DNA of 64,000 nucleotides from Bacilli bacterium (GTDB lineage Bacteria; Bacillota_I; Bacilli_A; RF39; UBA660): NCBI GenBank assembly GCA_017416535.1, contig JAFQCG010000001.1, positions 604,259 to 668,258 of the forward strand, read 5' to 3'. Shown piece by piece: positions 61,702 to 64,000 of this stretch (position 1 is its first letter; each line of letters starts with the position of its first letter). The notes under the pieces were generated by a model. It saw only the letters and a program-made list of their open reading frames with translations, ran no database searches and was not told where the DNA came from. The position numbers and the translations under genes were made by a program.

Positions 61702-62424
61702 ATGAGACCAGTAATTGGTATTCCATTAAGATATCAAAAATTAAATGATGATAGAGCTATTATTTATTTGAGTGAAAGAATTAGAAGGACTGTTCAAATG
61801 GCAGGAGGATTTGTTTATCCAATTAGTCCAGTACAAAATTTAGATAATATTCATACTAAAGGAAGTGATTTTCCAGAACTTAGTAGTGAAGAAAAAGAAA
61901 TAATAAATATAAGTTTAGATGGTTGTGATGGATTAATGTTTCCTGGAGGAATTAAATTTACTCCCTACGATAGATACTTATTAGAAGTTGCAATAGAGAA
62001 GAAGATACCTGTTTTAGGTATTTGTTTAGGAATGCAAATGATGAGTTGTTATAATGAAGATATTAATTTATTCGATGTTGAAACTGATATTAATCATTAT
62101 CAAGAATCTGATTTAGGATTTACTCATAAGGTTATAATTGATAAGAATAGTAAGTTATATAATATTATTGGGGAAGAAGAAATATTAGTTAATAGTTTTC
62201 ATAAACGTTCTGTTTCAGAAAATGGTATTTATGAAGGAAAAGCAAAAAGTGAAGATGGAATAATTGAGGCAATTGAATATCCAGGTGATTATTTTAATAT
62301 TGGTGTTCAATGGCATCCGGAAATTAGTTATGAGTTTGATGAAAATTCTAAAAAGATAATTGATGCTTTTATTGATGCATCAACTAATAGGATGAAAGAA
62401 AAACATAAGATAGAGGTTATATAA
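61702..62424 (+). CDS. Peptidase C26 / gamma-glutamyl-GABA hydrolase family (class I GATase)
   Basis: PVLGICLGMQ, VNSFH, GVQWHPE. Confidence 0.9.
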   Translation: MRPVIGIPLRYQKLNDDRAIIYLSERIRRTVQMAGGFVYPISPVQNLDNIHTKGSDFPELSSEEKEIINISLDGCDGLMFPGGIKFTPYDRYLLEVAIEKKIPVLGICLGMQMMSCYNEDINLFDVETDINHYQESDLGFTHKVIIDKNSKLYNIIGEEEILVNSFHKRSVSENGIYEGKAKSEDGIIEAIEYPGDYFNIGVQWHPEISYEFDENSKKIIDAFIDASTNRMKEKHKIEVI

Positions 62425-62488
62425 GCAAGGAAACTTGCTTTTTTTGTTATTTTATGATATAATTAGTGCACTATTTGGGGTGAGGTAT

Positions 62489-63283
62489 ATGAGAAAAGCA
62501 AGAGTATTTGAATCTGGTACTATGTATGGAAATATGAATACACAAGCTAGATTTTATCCGGAAGGAATGAGTGCGGAAGAGCGTGCTAAAGATTTTTTAG
62601 AACGTAGAAAGCAAATGGGTGAATATTTTGGTTTCGATGGAGCTAAAATGTTTATGGCTGATCAAGTTCATAAAACTGGTAGTTATTTTGAAATTACTGA
62701 AGATTATGTTAGAGAAAATCCAACTGGATGGAGTGATATACCAGAAGACATTTTAATTGTTACTGATAAAGTTCCAGGAGTTGTTATTGGTCATGCAGTT
62801 GCGGATTGTCCTGTTGTTATGATGGAAGATCCAGTTAAGGGTGTTTCTGCAGTTGCTCACTGTAGTGCTGAAATGATTGATAAAAAGTTACCAATGATGC
62901 TTGCAGATGCATTAGTAGAAGCATGTGGTTCAAAAGATAGTGATATTATTACTTATGTAAGTGCATGTGCTGGAGATAACTGGACATATGATAGTTTCCC
63001 TAAATGGGCAACTGATACTAAGATGTGGGAAGATGGAATATATGAGGAAGATGGTATATTTCATATAGATATGAGAAAAGTTATTAGAAAACAATTAGAG
63101 GAAAGACAAATTGATTTAGGAAAAACATTATTTAATATGGATGATACTATTACTAATAAAAATTATTATTCAAATTGTGCTTCTAGTCCTTATGGATTAA
63201 ATGATTCAAGTAAATCAGGAAGACACTTTGCAGGAATGTTTTATCCTGATACTAAACAATTAGTTAAAAGTAGAAGTAAATAA
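62489..63283 (+). CDS. YfiH/PgeF (laccase domain / purine nucleoside phosphorylase) family protein
   Basis: DQVH, ADCPVV, VAH motifs. Confidence 0.8.
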   Translation: MRKARVFESGTMYGNMNTQARFYPEGMSAEERAKDFLERRKQMGEYFGFDGAKMFMADQVHKTGSYFEITEDYVRENPTGWSDIPEDILIVTDKVPGVVIGHAVADCPVVMMEDPVKGVSAVAHCSAEMIDKKLPMMLADALVEACGSKDSDIITYVSACAGDNWTYDSFPKWATDTKMWEDGIYEEDGIFHIDMRKVIRKQLEERQIDLGKTLFNMDDTITNKNYYSNCASSPYGLNDSSKSGRHFAGMFYPDTKQLVKSRSK

Positions 63284-63329
63284 TAAAAAAGTGTTGACAA
63301 ATAAGAAGTCGATGCATATAATATTACTA

Positions 63330-63462
63330 GTCGAGAAAAAAGGAAAGAGATTTATATCCACCCGATCAGCGAGTAGCGATGGGTCAAATGCCAAAGTTAA
63401 ATTATAAAAAATTATAATATTAATAGGTATTGATGCGGATATAAAGTTTATATCCGCTTTTC
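63330..63462 (+). promoter_or_regulatory. Probable L20 ribosomal protein leader upstream of infC
   Basis: TTGACA-17-TATAAT at 63294-63322; TATATCC repeated and alternatively paired with GCGGATATAAA-G-TTTATATCCGC-TTTT terminator. Confidence 0.65.
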
Positions 63463-63483
63463 TTATTAATGGAGGTGTTTTTT

Positions 63484-64000
63484 ATCGCAAACAATAAGAA
63501 TGGCTTGTTAATCAATGAACAAATTAAAGCCAGAGAAGTATTAGTTATTGGTCCAAATGGGGAACAAGTAGGAGTTAAGCCAATTCAAGATGCTTTAACA
63601 TTAGCATCATATGCAGCGCTAGACTTAGTACTTTTAAGTCCTAATGCTAATCCACCAGTTTGTAAAGTTATGGATTATAACAAATATCGTTATGAACAAC
63701 AAAAGAAACAAAAGGAAGCATTAAAGAAACAAAAAGCTAATATGTCTGAGCTAAAAGAGTTCAGATTATCACCAGTTATCGACGTTGGGGATTTTGAAAC
63801 TAAGCTTAGAAATGCAACTAAGTATTTAGAGAAAGGTGATAGAGTTAAACTTACTATCAGATTCAAGGGTCGTCAAATGGCTCATACTGAATTAGGTAAG
63901 GAAGTTCTAGAACGTTTTGCATCTCGAGTTACAGATTATGCGGATATAGAGCAAAAACCTAAATTAGACGGTAAAACAATGACTATGTTATTGGTACCAA
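63484..64000 (+). CDS. infC: Translation initiation factor IF-3 (3'-truncated)
   Basis: INEQIKAREVLVIGPNGEQVG..PPVCKVMDY..IRFKGRQ; non-AUG ATC start after GGAGG. Confidence 0.93.
   Translation, partial: MANNKNGLLINEQIKAREVLVIGPNGEQVGVKPIQDALTLASYAALDLVLLSPNANPPVCKVMDYNKYRYEQQKKQKEALKKQKANMSELKEFRLSPVIDVGDFETKLRNATKYLEKGDRVKLTIRFKGRQMAHTELGKEVLERFASRVTDYADIEQKPKLDGKTMTMLLVP

Overview
AT-rich, low-GC Firmicute (Bacilli-like; the gene repertoire resembles reduced gut lineages such as RF39, which is an inference) chromosomal window with essentially all genes on the + strand. The housekeeping backbone is: GH94/NdvB-like giant, pgi, rluA-type, asnS, sepF-divIVA-ileS, fabG-like, ynbB-like, spoIIIAH, gerM, tRNA-Arg, rpsU, yqeY-yqfC-yqfD-ybeY-dgkA-cdd-era-yqzL-recO, glyQS, infC. 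The most striking region is a ~16.5 kb accessory block after ileS (21950-38500). It holds (i) an unannotated type I toxin-antitoxin-like module, with a deleted relic copy, flanking a 1531-aa protein that has a class I (CCA/OAS/cGAS-like) nucleotidyltransferase C-terminus and a possible ART-like domain; (ii) four paralogous mTERF-like solenoid proteins with shared caps and 24/19/19/7 tandem 28- or 26-aa repeats carrying hypervariable positions (a TALE-like code candidate); and (iii) a surface protein ending in a DGR-type variable region whose RT and template are not in the window. Elsewhere there is an unannotated two-peptide double-glycine bacteriocin locus, an orphan structured RNA, a GLHH-motif IleRS2 and an atypical Gly T-box. 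All assignments come from reading motifs by eye; no database searches were run.
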